Source: a virus | Strand: one strand, 5' to 3' | Length of the DNA: 59,383 nt | Virus record (IMG/VR): IMGVR_UViG_3300024232_000001 | Span: 1 to 59,383 of that record | Shown: positions 15,903 through 25,505 of the stretch, piece after piece | How the letters are laid out: the number at the start of each line of letters is the position of its first letter | Numbering within the stretch: position 1 is the stretch's first letter | Program-made: the position numbers and the translations under genes | The notes under the pieces: model-generated | The model's database searches: none | What the model was told of the DNA's origin: nothing | The model's input: the letters and a program-made list of their open reading frames with translations, nothing else

Positions 15903-17822
15903 CTAAGCCGCCGGATAGACGAGTACGAAATTGAGATTTGTATTGCTCACGTCAGAGTTCTTGCGCGCAACACCTTGCGAAGACTGAAATCTCGCAGTTG
16001 ATGAACCCTTCACGGTGACGATCGTGGTAGCGATACCGGACGTGTTGATTACGATAGCAGCCACCACCGCATAGTCCTGATTCGGAACCGCTACAGGGAG
16101 TGAAATCAACGTATTCGTCCCGTCCGCTGTGACAGGATACGTGATCTGTCCGTGCGCAAAAACCATATTGCCGATCTTGGTATAGCGACAGGCCGTTGTA
16201 AGTGACAGGCTCGCCCCCGACTGATCGGTAGGTGTCCATGTTGCCGGTGCCGTCGTATCGGAGAGAGCCGTTGATGCCAACTGTCCAACCGTGAGCGCGG
16301 CACCTGCGCTGGCCTGCTGAACTACCTGGCTTGTTCCGCCCGTCGCCGAGAAATCAGTCGTGCCGGCAGGCAACGTCAGCGTATTCGACCCGGCAGCAGC
16401 AGGAACCTTAACCGTCACGGTCCCGCTGGACGATCCTTCAAGGATCAGCGCCGTCCCGAGTTTGAGCGAGACATTTCCCGAGCTATCGACCCGGACTCGC
16501 TCAACATTTGTCCCACTCGAATTTGCCGTGAAGATCGAGACGCGACCGGGGACAACGCCACTGCTTACGGCGGCATCAGCCGCTCCAACCACAGAACCGC
16601 CAGTCTGGAAAGCCGCGCCATCCGATCCGGTGAACAGTGCGACGCCGAGGGAATCGCCGGATTGAACCGCCGTCTGAGTACCAACGCTCGCACCACGCGA
16701 TTTCCTGAAATTGACGCGCGCACCTGACGTATCCGCGCTGTACTGATCGCTTAGGATGCCGCGTGGGCTCGCGGAACTCGTGGTCACAACGTCTAGTGCC
16801 GCCGCAGGTGCGGTCGTTCCAATCCCGAGGAAATGGTTCGTCGCATCCCAGAAGTGGTTGGCGTTGTCCTGGCTGTAGACGCCACTTGCTCCAGCGTAGA
16901 CGACGCTGCCGGCGGTGAACGTGCTTGCCCCGGTGCCGCCTCGCGCTACAGCGAGCGTGCCGGACGAGATGTTGCTGGCGTTCGTGGTATCCGTCGTTGC
17001 CGAAGCGGCCAAGCCGGTAAGGTCACTCGCGGCGAGCTGACCGACTGTAAAGATGCCGCCGGAACTCGTCTGCTTGACGACCTGAGATGTACCGCCCGTG
17101 CTGCTGAAGTCTACGGTTCCCGCAGGAAAGGTGATCGTACCTGATGCCGCGCCCGCAGGCTTCCATGTCTGAGCGCCGGACACACCGCCAGCGATGACGA
17201 TGTTTCCGCCGTGCGATCCTGCCGCGCCAACATCGACCGTCACGCTCCCTGATGCCGCAGTCAGATTGATGGTCGAACCGCGAACCGTGACGCTATCGCC
17301 AGATGGGGAGCCATTCGAGGTCGAGCGCAGAGTCAGCGTCGAGTTGGTTGCCGTTCCGCCTGTAACGGTAGGAACTGTAATCCCCGTGAAAGCGAGCGAA
17401 CCGGACGAGTTGGCGAGAAGCTGGAAATTGGTCCCGTCAAAGGCAACAAGCACTACGCTGCCGCTGACGATCTCCCCACCCGTTAGAGCAGCCGCACCTT
17501 GAAGGATGGAGGTCGCGCCCAAGCCATCGACATTGAGCGTGGTCGCGCTGGTGTTCGTGGCTCCCGCGATGAAACAGAATTTGTCGCCCTGGACGTAGGC
17601 AGCGTGTGAAACGGTATGCGTCAGCGTCTGCGCATTCGCCGAACCACCACTTGTGATCGTCGGTCCTTCTTCCTGCCAGAGGCGCTTGATCGCGCCCATC
17701 ATCATCCGCGCGGCATCGTCAACCTGCGCAGGATTCATCCCCTCCGGCCAGCCGTTCGGAGGCGTGGAGGAATTTGATGCGTCCGTGGGCGACCATGTAG
17801 ATTGGTTAATGTCGTTAGCCAC
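15903..17822 (-). CDS. tail fibre protein (639 aa)
   Basis: N-terminus STWSPTDASNSSTPPNGWPEGMNPAQVDDAARMMMGAIK is fibre-like; T/S/G/A-rich repeats. Confidence 0.75.
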   Translation of the reverse strand: MANDINQSTWSPTDASNSSTPPNGWPEGMNPAQVDDAARMMMGAIKRLWQEEGPTITSGGSANAQTLTHTVSHAAYVQGDKFCFIAGATNTSATTLNVDGLGATSILQGAAALTGGEIVSGSVVLVAFDGTNFQLLANSSGSLAFTGITVPTVTGGTATNSTLTLRSTSNGSPSGDSVTVRGSTINLTAASGSVTVDVGAAGSHGGNIVIAGGVSGAQTWKPAGAASGTITFPAGTVDFSSTGGTSQVVKQTSSGGIFTVGQLAASDLTGLAASATTDTTNASNISSGTLAVARGGTGASTFTAGSVVYAGASGVYSQDNANHFWDATNHFLGIGTTAPAAALDVVTTSSASPRGILSDQYSADTSGARVNFRKSRGASVGTQTAVQSGDSLGVALFTGSDGAAFQTGGSVVGAADAAVSSGVVPGRVSIFTANSSGTNVERVRVDSSGNVSLKLGTALILEGSSSGTVTVKVPAAAGSNTLTLPAGTTDFSATGGTSQVVQQASAGAALTVGQLASTALSDTTAPATWTPTDQSGASLSLTTACRYTKIGNMVFAHGQITYPVTADGTNTLISLPVAVPNQDYAVVAAIVINTSGIATTIVTVKGSSTARFQSSQGVARKNSDVSNTNLNFVLVYPAA

Positions 17823-17898
17823 GCGATGCGCCCCCTAGCAACGCGAATGTGGACCGCCTATTTATCACGGCATCGATGGAAGCTGGAAAGTTTCTAAG

Positions 17899-18147
17899 AT
17901 GATCTGGGCAGACCGCGCGGCGATAGGATGGGCATGCATCGTCCTGATTATCAGCACTCTCGCGGTTCTGGGACCGTTTGGTATTCCTCCCGGCCTCGCA
18001 GTTGCCTGTGCCATCGCTATTCTGATCTTCGGTATGTGGGGATTTCTGCGATTGCTCGATTTCGTTTGCGGAGGGCCAGCCTATCGACGGCAGATCGAAA
18101 GACGAGATCGATATCGGCGCGAAGGATACTGCATCGGATTTCGATGA
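17899..18147 (+). CDS. opposite-strand membrane protein (82 aa, 2-3 TM), moron candidate
   Basis: ORF track; hydrophobic segments; lies in a 427-nt gap of the late operon. Confidence 0.45.
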   Translation: MIWADRAAIGWACIVLIISTLAVLGPFGIPPGLAVACAIAILIFGMWGFLRLLDFVCGGPAYRRQIERRDRYRREGYCIGFR

Positions 18148-18368
18148 ACTGGTATCTAGCCGCGCTGGCATTCGTCTACGCACTGACAACTCAGTGGTCA
18201 TTAAATACGATATTCCTCCTCGGCGTTGCATTGTGGCTTGGACGCGTTCTTACTGTTGCGGCTGAGACGGTTGAGCGAAGGCATTCGAGAACGGCTGGAT
18301 ATAGGGAAGAATCCGCGGATCAATCCGCGCTCCCTGTTGCAGTCCACTCAAGGCACGCTGCGCCGTAG
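18144..18368 (+). CDS. second opposite-strand membrane ORF (74 aa); 3' end overlaps the 18250..20289 gene
   Basis: ATGA overlap with 17899..18147; MNWYLAALAFVYALTTQWSLNTIFLLGVALWLG. Confidence 0.3.
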   Translation: MNWYLAALAFVYALTTQWSLNTIFLLGVALWLGRVLTVAAETVERRHSRTAGYREESADQSALPVAVHSRHAAP

Positions 18369-20289
18369 ACATTCCACCGGATACTGCTGGGTTAGCTGAA
18401 ACAGAATAGAGAGCGCGCGCCACTTGCGGCGACATCAGTGCTTTGGAGAGACCATATCCCCCCATTATGCCTCCAAGGGACTCAAGCGGGTGGCTCGTCA
18501 GATCAAAAAAATGCTCAGCCAGCAACCCGGCCATGCCGGCACCAATGGCGTGCGACCCGCTGCCTGACGGATTGGCGAACTTAGCCACCTGCTTCTGAGC
18601 GTCTGAAACTTGCGCGAGCGCATCCAACGATTCCCGATGCGAACCCGGCACATTGGCCCCAAAAAGCGTGTCCTTGGCACTTGGCGAGAGCTTGTTCCAA
18701 TTCGTGACGAACGAAGCAGCCGAGAAATCGGGGCTTCCGGGCAAAACGCTCTGTTGTCCCGGCTGTGGCTGCCCCATCTTGCGCAGGATCGCTGCTCCGA
18801 CATTGCTCCACTCATCAGGTGGCAACGACCGCTGAAGCGATTGAAGCAAGCCAGCGTCGGCACTTCCTGTGTCGCTAGCGGCTCGATTGACCGCAGCGAA
18901 GGTCTGCTCGGGCGACCCTTTCACCAACCCTTCAAGCTTGTCTATCCGATCGATGCCAGTGGAATAATACTGGTTCGCCCGCTTGAAAGCTTGAGCGGTC
19001 TGCGGGCCTGCCGCGTTGGCAGCACCCTCCAAATCCTGCGAAATTCCGCCATAGACGCGCTTCAGGTCCGCGCGGGGAATATCATTGACAAGACCGCCAT
19101 CACCGAGCATGCGACCGATCGTCGAACGCAATTCGTTCAATTCACCAAGCGTCAGGCTCCCACCTGTCTGTATCTTCTGCGCCGCCTGCATCAGGATCGG
19201 ATTACCCTGCGCATCAACCACACTTGAATAGACTGCGGGAATGTTCTGCTCGCCGGGAGCAAGTGTGCCGAAGAACGACTGGAGACGCGGGTTCGTGATC
19301 TGCGCACCGAGCTGAGGCGATGTAGGAAACCGGTCTAGCGGCCCCTTCAGCGCGTCGAGCGTGTTGTTGATGGGAACCTGCTGCATCGGATCAACCGACT
19401 GCCAGAAGCGATCATAGAGGGCCGCAGCCTTATCCTTGAAGCTGCTCGCCCTAGTGGGGGCAGCGATGATCTGCGATTGGGTCATTCCCGCTGGAGCGGG
19501 GGCGTTCGCAAAGTTACTGATGCCCGACTGAATTACATCTCCAGCCTGCGCTGCCGGCGCTTCAGCGGTGATTGCCGGCCCCATCTGGGTAGCAAGACGA
19601 TCGGCTGCATTGCCAGTATCCTGAACCGCTTCCTGTGCGGCGTGCGCAACGGGACCGCCGAAGAAGGGAAGCTTGCTCACGATATTTGCCGTGAGGCGCG
19701 ACCCGATGCCTTGCCCCACTGCGGGCATGCTCGGCGTCACATCCAACTTCTCAAACGCCTGCATCAATTGCTGGCTTGGAGACAATGCCTGTGTCGCGCC
19801 GGACGCAACGGCAGGAATGCCCGTTTCAGGAATCGCATAAGACAGCATGCGCCCCAGAGCGGGAGCCGCAGTCTCAGCCATTGCTGGATTGCGTTCATAG
19901 ACGGCATATTGCCCTGTGCCGGGATCGCGCAACGCCACTTGTGTCTGCTGATTACGCGGAACACCAACTTCACTGAAGAAGGATTGCTCTTCGGGAGCCG
20001 CTAGTTGGTAGTTACCAGCCACATGCGGCGACGTGCCCTGCATCCCCGCAGTCATCGCATCGATGACGTTCTGCCCCATAGAGGTGACGGGCGAAACCTC
20101 GCGCGGCGCAGAACCAGCGGGCGCGAGTGTATCGCCGCGCGGTGGTTCTTGGGCTTTTGAGATCGCGCTTAGAACGTCATCGAAACGAGATGGCGGTTGC
20201 GTCATCGTCGCGGGCGCATTCGGATCAGGCGGTTGCTGCTGTTGCAGAACCTGATTCAGCATATCCAACGCACCCGAAAAATCGGTCAT
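18250..20289 (-). CDS. large virion (internal/ejection) protein (679 aa)
   Basis: ORF track; position between the fibre gene and the transglycosylase protein. Confidence 0.7.
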   Translation of the reverse strand: MTDFSGALDMLNQVLQQQQPPDPNAPATMTQPPSRFDDVLSAISKAQEPPRGDTLAPAGSAPREVSPVTSMGQNVIDAMTAGMQGTSPHVAGNYQLAAPEEQSFFSEVGVPRNQQTQVALRDPGTGQYAVYERNPAMAETAAPALGRMLSYAIPETGIPAVASGATQALSPSQQLMQAFEKLDVTPSMPAVGQGIGSRLTANIVSKLPFFGGPVAHAAQEAVQDTGNAADRLATQMGPAITAEAPAAQAGDVIQSGISNFANAPAPAGMTQSQIIAAPTRASSFKDKAAALYDRFWQSVDPMQQVPINNTLDALKGPLDRFPTSPQLGAQITNPRLQSFFGTLAPGEQNIPAVYSSVVDAQGNPILMQAAQKIQTGGSLTLGELNELRSTIGRMLGDGGLVNDIPRADLKRVYGGISQDLEGAANAAGPQTAQAFKRANQYYSTGIDRIDKLEGLVKGSPEQTFAAVNRAASDTGSADAGLLQSLQRSLPPDEWSNVGAAILRKMGQPQPGQQSVLPGSPDFSAASFVTNWNKLSPSAKDTLFGANVPGSHRESLDALAQVSDAQKQVAKFANPSGSGSHAIGAGMAGLLAEHFFDLTSHPLESLGGIMGGYGLSKALMSPQVARALYSVSANPAVSGGMSTAQRALSGLQQGARIDPRILPYIQPFSNAFAQPSQPQQ

Positions 20290-22670
20290 TGCAGATACCT
20301 ATCCAGACCGCTCTTCTGGATGAACTGGATTTGCTGTTGAAGATGCTGTAGTTCAGCCTGCCCCGAGTTCGTGCCTCCCACCTGATTGAACAGCATCTGA
20401 CGATCTTGCGGAGCCATTCGAGCCACGACGAAGGCATAGGGACTAACCTGCCCCTGCCAATTCGTCTCAAATCCGGTCACATCGCCAGGACCACGACTAC
20501 CCTGCCGTTGTTCCCACAGATTTTGCGCCTGAGACTTGGCAATCTTATAATCGTTTAGCCCTTGAAACTCGTTCAATACTCGCTGCAATCCCTGCGGCGA
20601 CATCTCAGGGTTCGGCAACGCATTGGCGATCAGTTTGAACTCCTGTACCGCAGCGCGCGGCGATGTGTCTCTGACGGCCTGCCGCGTCAGAAATCCCATA
20701 TTCTTATTGAACGACTCGTAGCTAGCCACGGAATCGGCGACAGCATCGCCTCCAGGCAGGAGACGGATTAGTGCCTTTGCATCCTGCACATGGTCCGCGA
20801 AGGGACCAGTGTAGAAGTTAGGAGCGGCTAGTTGCATCGTCCGCAAGGTCGCTTGCTGTGCCTGCGCACCGGAAGCGTCATTGATATTCTGCTGGCGTTG
20901 CTTCTGCTCCTCTTCGCCTTGAAATTTTCCAGACGCTTCGGCAACGGCTACGGCACCTGGCGATGCTTTCACCACTCCCGGAACTGGCGTGACTGTCGCG
21001 CCCTGCGGCGTCAGTTGCGTATAGACCTGAGAGGTGGAGAGATCAGGATTGATCTGATCGCGCGGGATCGGCGCAGTCGTGTACTGACCTGTTGGGTTGC
21101 CCTGAGCATCGACCTGTGGCAATGCGCTACCGGGACGCTGTGGTTCATAGGGGAACTTGGCACGCGCCGTTGCTGCGGCGGCTGGCCCGACGAACGGAAA
21201 TTTCGCTGCTTCGGTAGCCGCAGTCGTTGGCCCTACATACGGCAACTTGGCTGCTTCGGTAGCGCCCGTCGTCGCTCCCGCAACAGCCGCTTTGTAGCGT
21301 GGATCGTTATAGAGATAGGTCTGAAGCGGAGGCGCAACGTTCGGCAGTCCTGCCGCCGTCATCATCGCACCGAGTACGGCCACGTTGCGCGGATTGATCG
21401 CACCACCAGTTCCATAGCCGCCCATCGCAGGGTTCGGAGGCGCGACGCCCGGAACATTGCCTTGCGCCAATCGAGCGCGTGCCTGTGCATTGAACTGATC
21501 GATCGGCGATGCGGCTCCTGCTGGCGTGGCTTGGGCCAATTGCTGCCCAGGCGCGCCGGTAACAGGAGGGGTCGCAAGCGGCTGTCCCGTATCCTGATTG
21601 ACGAGTTGAGCGTTCGGACCATTGCCCGAAAGCCCGACGCGAGGAGGCAACCCTTGAGGCGTTGTTGGTGGCTGCTGTGTGCCTGCGACTTGCGGCGCTG
21701 TAGGCGCATACGGCGCGCCCTGATTGCCCATCATCGCGCCAGTGAAGTCAGGCACCGGGGGCAGGCTGGAGTCGGCTTCTTGCCCCGTTGCCGCACCACT
21801 GTCAGGCGAGTATTTGGCGAGATTCGCCTGATAGGACTTCATCGCCTTACCGATCGTCGGCCACTGCCCGCCAAGTGCCGACGCCACATCCTGCGTACGT
21901 CCTTCGTGGAGGTCATCTAGAAGCGGACGCCCAGTCTTGTCCTGATAGGTCTGCTGAGCCAACGTCCATGCCGCCTGATCCTGACTGACGGGAGAGAAAT
22001 CCTGCAATCCCTTCTCTTGAGCAATCGGATTGAACGTACTACTCAGAAACTGGTAGCGCCCCGCTGCGTCGCTAGTCTGACCCTTGTAAGGGCCGCTAGT
22101 GATTGGAACCTTCACCTGTGGATGCGCGCTGAAGTCGTCAAACGTTGCGCCGGGGCCACCGTCATAGCGGATGTTGTATGCTCCGCTCGACTCAGGACCG
22201 GCAATGCTGTCAAGCAATGCGCGCGCCTCGCGCGGGAGCGTCGCGTCCGCCGTAATGCTGGAAACGGCTGGTTCTGATCCTGAACTCGGCGTTGCACCAG
22301 TATCCGCGGGCGGCTCAACCCCGGTGGTATCTGTCGGCGCACCGCCGCCTTGACCGTTCAGCATCTGCTGAAACATGGAATTGATCTGCGGATAGATCGC
22401 CTGTTCCTGCTTTAGCTTCGCAACCTGCGCGTTGAAAAGCTGAGCCTGCTGCTTCCGAAGCTCTGCCTCGCTCTGAACGTTTTGCTGATTGGAAAACGCG
22501 GTCATCAACGCCGCGGGGTCAACATACGGAGGACGCGGCGCCTGAATGCCGGGGAAGGACGAGACGTTCTGCTGCGCCTTCGGAACAGGCGCAATCGTAG
22601 GACCGCCGACGAGCGGAATGCCGCCGATGCCAAGGCCGGGCAGAAGCTGGCTGAACATCGAAGCGCCCAT
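20286..22670 (-). CDS. internal virion protein with lambda-R-type (GH104) lytic transglycosylase domain
   Basis: IAGPESSGAYN...AGRYQFLSSTF...KGLQDFSPVSQDQAAW parallels lambda R (AGRYQLLS...LGLKDFSPKSQD); start 22670 (TGATG junction) or 22685. Confidence 0.8.
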   Translation of the reverse strand: MGASMFSQLLPGLGIGGIPLVGGPTIAPVPKAQQNVSSFPGIQAPRPPYVDPAALMTAFSNQQNVQSEAELRKQQAQLFNAQVAKLKQEQAIYPQINSMFQQMLNGQGGGAPTDTTGVEPPADTGATPSSGSEPAVSSITADATLPREARALLDSIAGPESSGAYNIRYDGGPGATFDDFSAHPQVKVPITSGPYKGQTSDAAGRYQFLSSTFNPIAQEKGLQDFSPVSQDQAAWTLAQQTYQDKTGRPLLDDLHEGRTQDVASALGGQWPTIGKAMKSYQANLAKYSPDSGAATGQEADSSLPPVPDFTGAMMGNQGAPYAPTAPQVAGTQQPPTTPQGLPPRVGLSGNGPNAQLVNQDTGQPLATPPVTGAPGQQLAQATPAGAASPIDQFNAQARARLAQGNVPGVAPPNPAMGGYGTGGAINPRNVAVLGAMMTAAGLPNVAPPLQTYLYNDPRYKAAVAGATTGATEAAKLPYVGPTTAATEAAKFPFVGPAAAATARAKFPYEPQRPGSALPQVDAQGNPTGQYTTAPIPRDQINPDLSTSQVYTQLTPQGATVTPVPGVVKASPGAVAVAEASGKFQGEEEQKQRQQNINDASGAQAQQATLRTMQLAAPNFYTGPFADHVQDAKALIRLLPGGDAVADSVASYESFNKNMGFLTRQAVRDTSPRAAVQEFKLIANALPNPEMSPQGLQRVLNEFQGLNDYKIAKSQAQNLWEQRQGSRGPGDVTGFETNWQGQVSPYAFVVARMAPQDRQMLFNQVGGTNSGQAELQHLQQQIQFIQKSGLDRYLQ

Positions 22671-23284
22671 CAGGCGTTCCCCCATGAGGCGACCGCAACG
22701 CCATAATAGCGCAAGGAACTGTCCGCGCTATGCCAGATCAGGCCGCGCAGGCATTCCGGCGTCTCGTCGATGATCTGGGCCAGCGTCTCGCGATGTTCCA
22801 AATCCTTGATGGCATGCTCTCGGATGAACTTCGTGCTCTGTGCCCCGTGTAGTTCCTCAAGCGCATCGACCGTATCGAGCGGAATCGGATCGCTCTCTAG
22901 CGACGCCATGTATCCTAAGAGCGATGCCGGGTGTCGGTGCTTCAGTAGGTAGTATTGCGTACCGACAAGGGCCATCGCCAGCGGATCAGGCAACGGTGTT
23001 GGCGAGATACCGGCTCCGTGCATGTCGCTAATCAGCCACGAAAGGTGCCCCGTTTCCTCCTCAAGATGCTCCTCCATGTAGCCTTCAAGGCGAGCGATGA
23101 AGGCATCTCGCGGCTTCCGGGCCGTCTCGACCAGCGCCTCTTTCAGCAACCGCTCGCTCGCAACTACCAGATCGTGCAGAAACAGCATATTGGCAGCAAA
23201 AATCTGAGGTGATGCCAAATCGGTGCGCAAGAACGTAGATCGTGCGCTTCGCACCATCGCCGCGATGTTCTCGGAGAACTGCAT
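22670..23284 (-). CDS. heme-oxygenase-like (HO-fold) putative diiron protein (204 aa)
   Basis: All-helical; EEHLEEETGH (ExxH) and EHAIKDLEH (HxxxDxxH) resemble HDO/PF14518 ligand motifs. Confidence 0.55.
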   Translation of the reverse strand: MQFSENIAAMVRSARSTFLRTDLASPQIFAANMLFLHDLVVASERLLKEALVETARKPRDAFIARLEGYMEEHLEEETGHLSWLISDMHGAGISPTPLPDPLAMALVGTQYYLLKHRHPASLLGYMASLESDPIPLDTVDALEELHGAQSTKFIREHAIKDLEHRETLAQIIDETPECLRGLIWHSADSSLRYYGVAVASWGNA

Positions 23285-25062
23285 CAGAACGCCGCCAAAG
23301 CAGAGACCGCACCAGGGATCGCGCTCGCCGCCGAGATGCCACTTGCCACTGTGCCGAGCAGGTTCGTGGTCGGATTGGTAAAGTACGGCGACTGCGTGAC
23401 CGACGTTCCGCCATAGTTGCCGCTCGTCAGGCCCGCATACTGCTGGAGCATCTGATAGGGCAGCGTCTGATAGTAGTTATAGCGGTTCACCGCGTCGTTC
23501 AGTTCGGCCTGCTGCTGCTGCTGGAGGAGCTGCTGCGATGCGAACGCCTGCTGCGGCCCGACATACTGAGAATTGATCAGCGACGGTGTATTGGCCATCG
23601 CCGTTTCCATCGTGCCAAGGCCCGTGTTGTAGATCGAACCGAGGCTCGACGCTGCCTGCTGCTGAGCTGTGCCGCCCTGAATGGCTTGCGACCCGAGAGT
23701 TCCGGCGGCTTGCTGCTGCAACCCTGCGCCGCCAAGCTGAAGCTGACCGGCCTGATTGGCGAGATTGCCCTGCAACTGCGCACCGGTCAAATATTGGTTG
23801 CTCAGTGCCTGCGCGGCTTGCTGTTCGGCTGTCGCTCCCGAGATCAGTTGCTGACCCAGCGTCGACGCCGCGCCCTGCTGCACACCAGCGCCACCAAGCG
23901 CGAGATTGCCGGCAGCATTCGCCGCGGTGCTTTGCAGCCCCGCACCCGACAAAATCTGATTGCCGAGATTCGCCGCCGCCTGCGCCTGAGCCTGTCCTCC
24001 GCTGATCGCTTGAGAACCAAGTGTCGACGCGGCTCCTTGCTGAAGCCCCGCGCCCTGCAGGTACTGACCTCCCAACGCTTGCGCGCCCGCGAGTTGGTTC
24101 TGCAACTGCGCCTGATAATTCTGATATTCTAGCGGGGCCAACGCCGAACTGACACCCTGCGCTGTCGCATAGGCGGCTTCAGGGCTGGAGAGTGTACCGC
24201 TATTGATGAACTGCGATTCGATCTGCGGCACTACCTGAGCCATTACGGCTTGTGCGGTCGGATCAGTCGCTGGATTAGCGGCGGCAACATTCTGCCCGGA
24301 GGCGAAGTAGTTCAGTCCAGCCGTTCCCGGATTAGCCGCGCCACCGAGATTCGTTCCCGATTGAGCCGCGAGTGTCCCCGTGCCGAGATTGCCCGTTCCA
24401 TAGTTCGTATTAGACAACGAGTTGAGCGGTGCAAATGCGGAGTTCATCGCGCCGCCTGGATTGACGGCAGCAATGTTGTTGAGCGTCCCAACCTGCGGAT
24501 TGACGACGGAGGGATTGGTCGCCTGACTATAGAGCGTCCCTGCGGCAGGGTTGGACGCGCCGTAGTTCGTGCTCGTCAGCAGATCGAGTGCGTTCGAGGC
24601 GGGATTGATCGCTCCGCCCTGGTTCGTCCCCGCAAGATTGGTCAGCGTCTGAGCGGTAGACGATGCTGGAGCCGCACCGTAAGCCTGCGACTGAAGTGCA
24701 GCCTCGCCAGGATTGGCACCAACCCCAAAGTTCGTGTTCGACAACCCCTGAAGCTGAGCCTCATAAGGGTTGTGAGTAAGGTAGTGTCCGCTCAGCAGCG
24801 TGTTCTGAAAGTTGCCTGCCGACTGTTGAAGCGGATCAGGCGCAAGTCCCATCTGCGTCGTCTGCGCGATGGCCTGATTCTGCGCGTCCGTGAACGGCTG
24901 AACCGTCGAGGTCGGATAGTATTGCGGCCCGTTCCCCGCGAGCGACGAGTTGTAAAGGTTCTGCGCCTGCGAGAAAACGTCGGTCAGGTACGGCTGCTGT
25001 CCCGACCAAGGCGCGCTGCTTTGGGTAGTCGTGGCCGTCGATTGCGTCGGCGTCTTGCTCAT
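23284..25062 (-). CDS. Q/A/G/N-rich virion protein (592 aa) with three tandem ~54-aa repeats
   Basis: Repeats GAGLQQGAASTLGSQAISGG.A..QAA..L.NQ.L. + GA.LQ...AN.AG.L.LG read three times. Confidence 0.7.
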   Translation of the reverse strand: MSKTPTQSTATTTQSSAPWSGQQPYLTDVFSQAQNLYNSSLAGNGPQYYPTSTVQPFTDAQNQAIAQTTQMGLAPDPLQQSAGNFQNTLLSGHYLTHNPYEAQLQGLSNTNFGVGANPGEAALQSQAYGAAPASSTAQTLTNLAGTNQGGAINPASNALDLLTSTNYGASNPAAGTLYSQATNPSVVNPQVGTLNNIAAVNPGGAMNSAFAPLNSLSNTNYGTGNLGTGTLAAQSGTNLGGAANPGTAGLNYFASGQNVAAANPATDPTAQAVMAQVVPQIESQFINSGTLSSPEAAYATAQGVSSALAPLEYQNYQAQLQNQLAGAQALGGQYLQGAGLQQGAASTLGSQAISGGQAQAQAAANLGNQILSGAGLQSTAANAAGNLALGGAGVQQGAASTLGQQLISGATAEQQAAQALSNQYLTGAQLQGNLANQAGQLQLGGAGLQQQAAGTLGSQAIQGGTAQQQAASSLGSIYNTGLGTMETAMANTPSLINSQYVGPQQAFASQQLLQQQQQAELNDAVNRYNYYQTLPYQMLQQYAGLTSGNYGGTSVTQSPYFTNPTTNLLGTVASGISAASAIPGAVSALAAF

Positions 25063-25505
25063 TCCGCAGCCATCCGTTCCAGAGGCTTGATCAGATCGAC
25101 ACCGATCTCGCGATAGCCGCCAACTCGCGCAAATCCCCGTCTGCCGCCCGCGCCCATGATGTCGCAGCCATGCGCTACCGCATACGCTTCGGTTTCATCG
25201 CGAAACTCGGCAGACCACGCTTTCATGTTACGACCGCCAATCAGCCACACTCGGCATTCCTTCAACCGCGGGTATTGGATGATCTCCGTCACCATCGCGG
25301 CTTCGACTTCGTGCCTCTTATTGTCCCAACTGATCCAGAGCTGCGCTTTCCCATCCAACAGCAGTGGCAGCACGTCACTCGTCAGAAACCGGCGGAAACT
25401 CTCCCTCCGCAGGGCTTGCTCAAGGTGCGGTTCCGCTTGCGACCATAGGAACGCAAGGTGCTCTATCGGAACCGCGCAGATGCGCTTAGTAGTTTGACTG
25501 GCCAC
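25059..25505 (-). CDS. hypothetical virion-module protein (148 aa)
   Basis: ORF track; ATGA overlap with the downstream gene. Confidence 0.65.
   Translation of the reverse strand: MASQTTKRICAVPIEHLAFLWSQAEPHLEQALRRESFRRFLTSDVLPLLLDGKAQLWISWDNKRHEVEAAMVTEIIQYPRLKECRVWLIGGRNMKAWSAEFRDETEAYAVAHGCDIMGAGGRRGFARVGGYREIGVDLIKPLERMAAE

Noticed and set aside
12556-17822. Diversity-generating retroelement acting on the fibre genes
   Set aside because: There is no reverse transcriptase gene in the genome, and I saw no template/variable repeat pair.
17815-18231. 138-aa minus-strand ORF filling the gap upstream of the fibre gene
   Set aside because: It is R/S/D-rich with no hydrophobic core and overlaps the fibre start. 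The + strand ORFs in the same region have clear TM segments.
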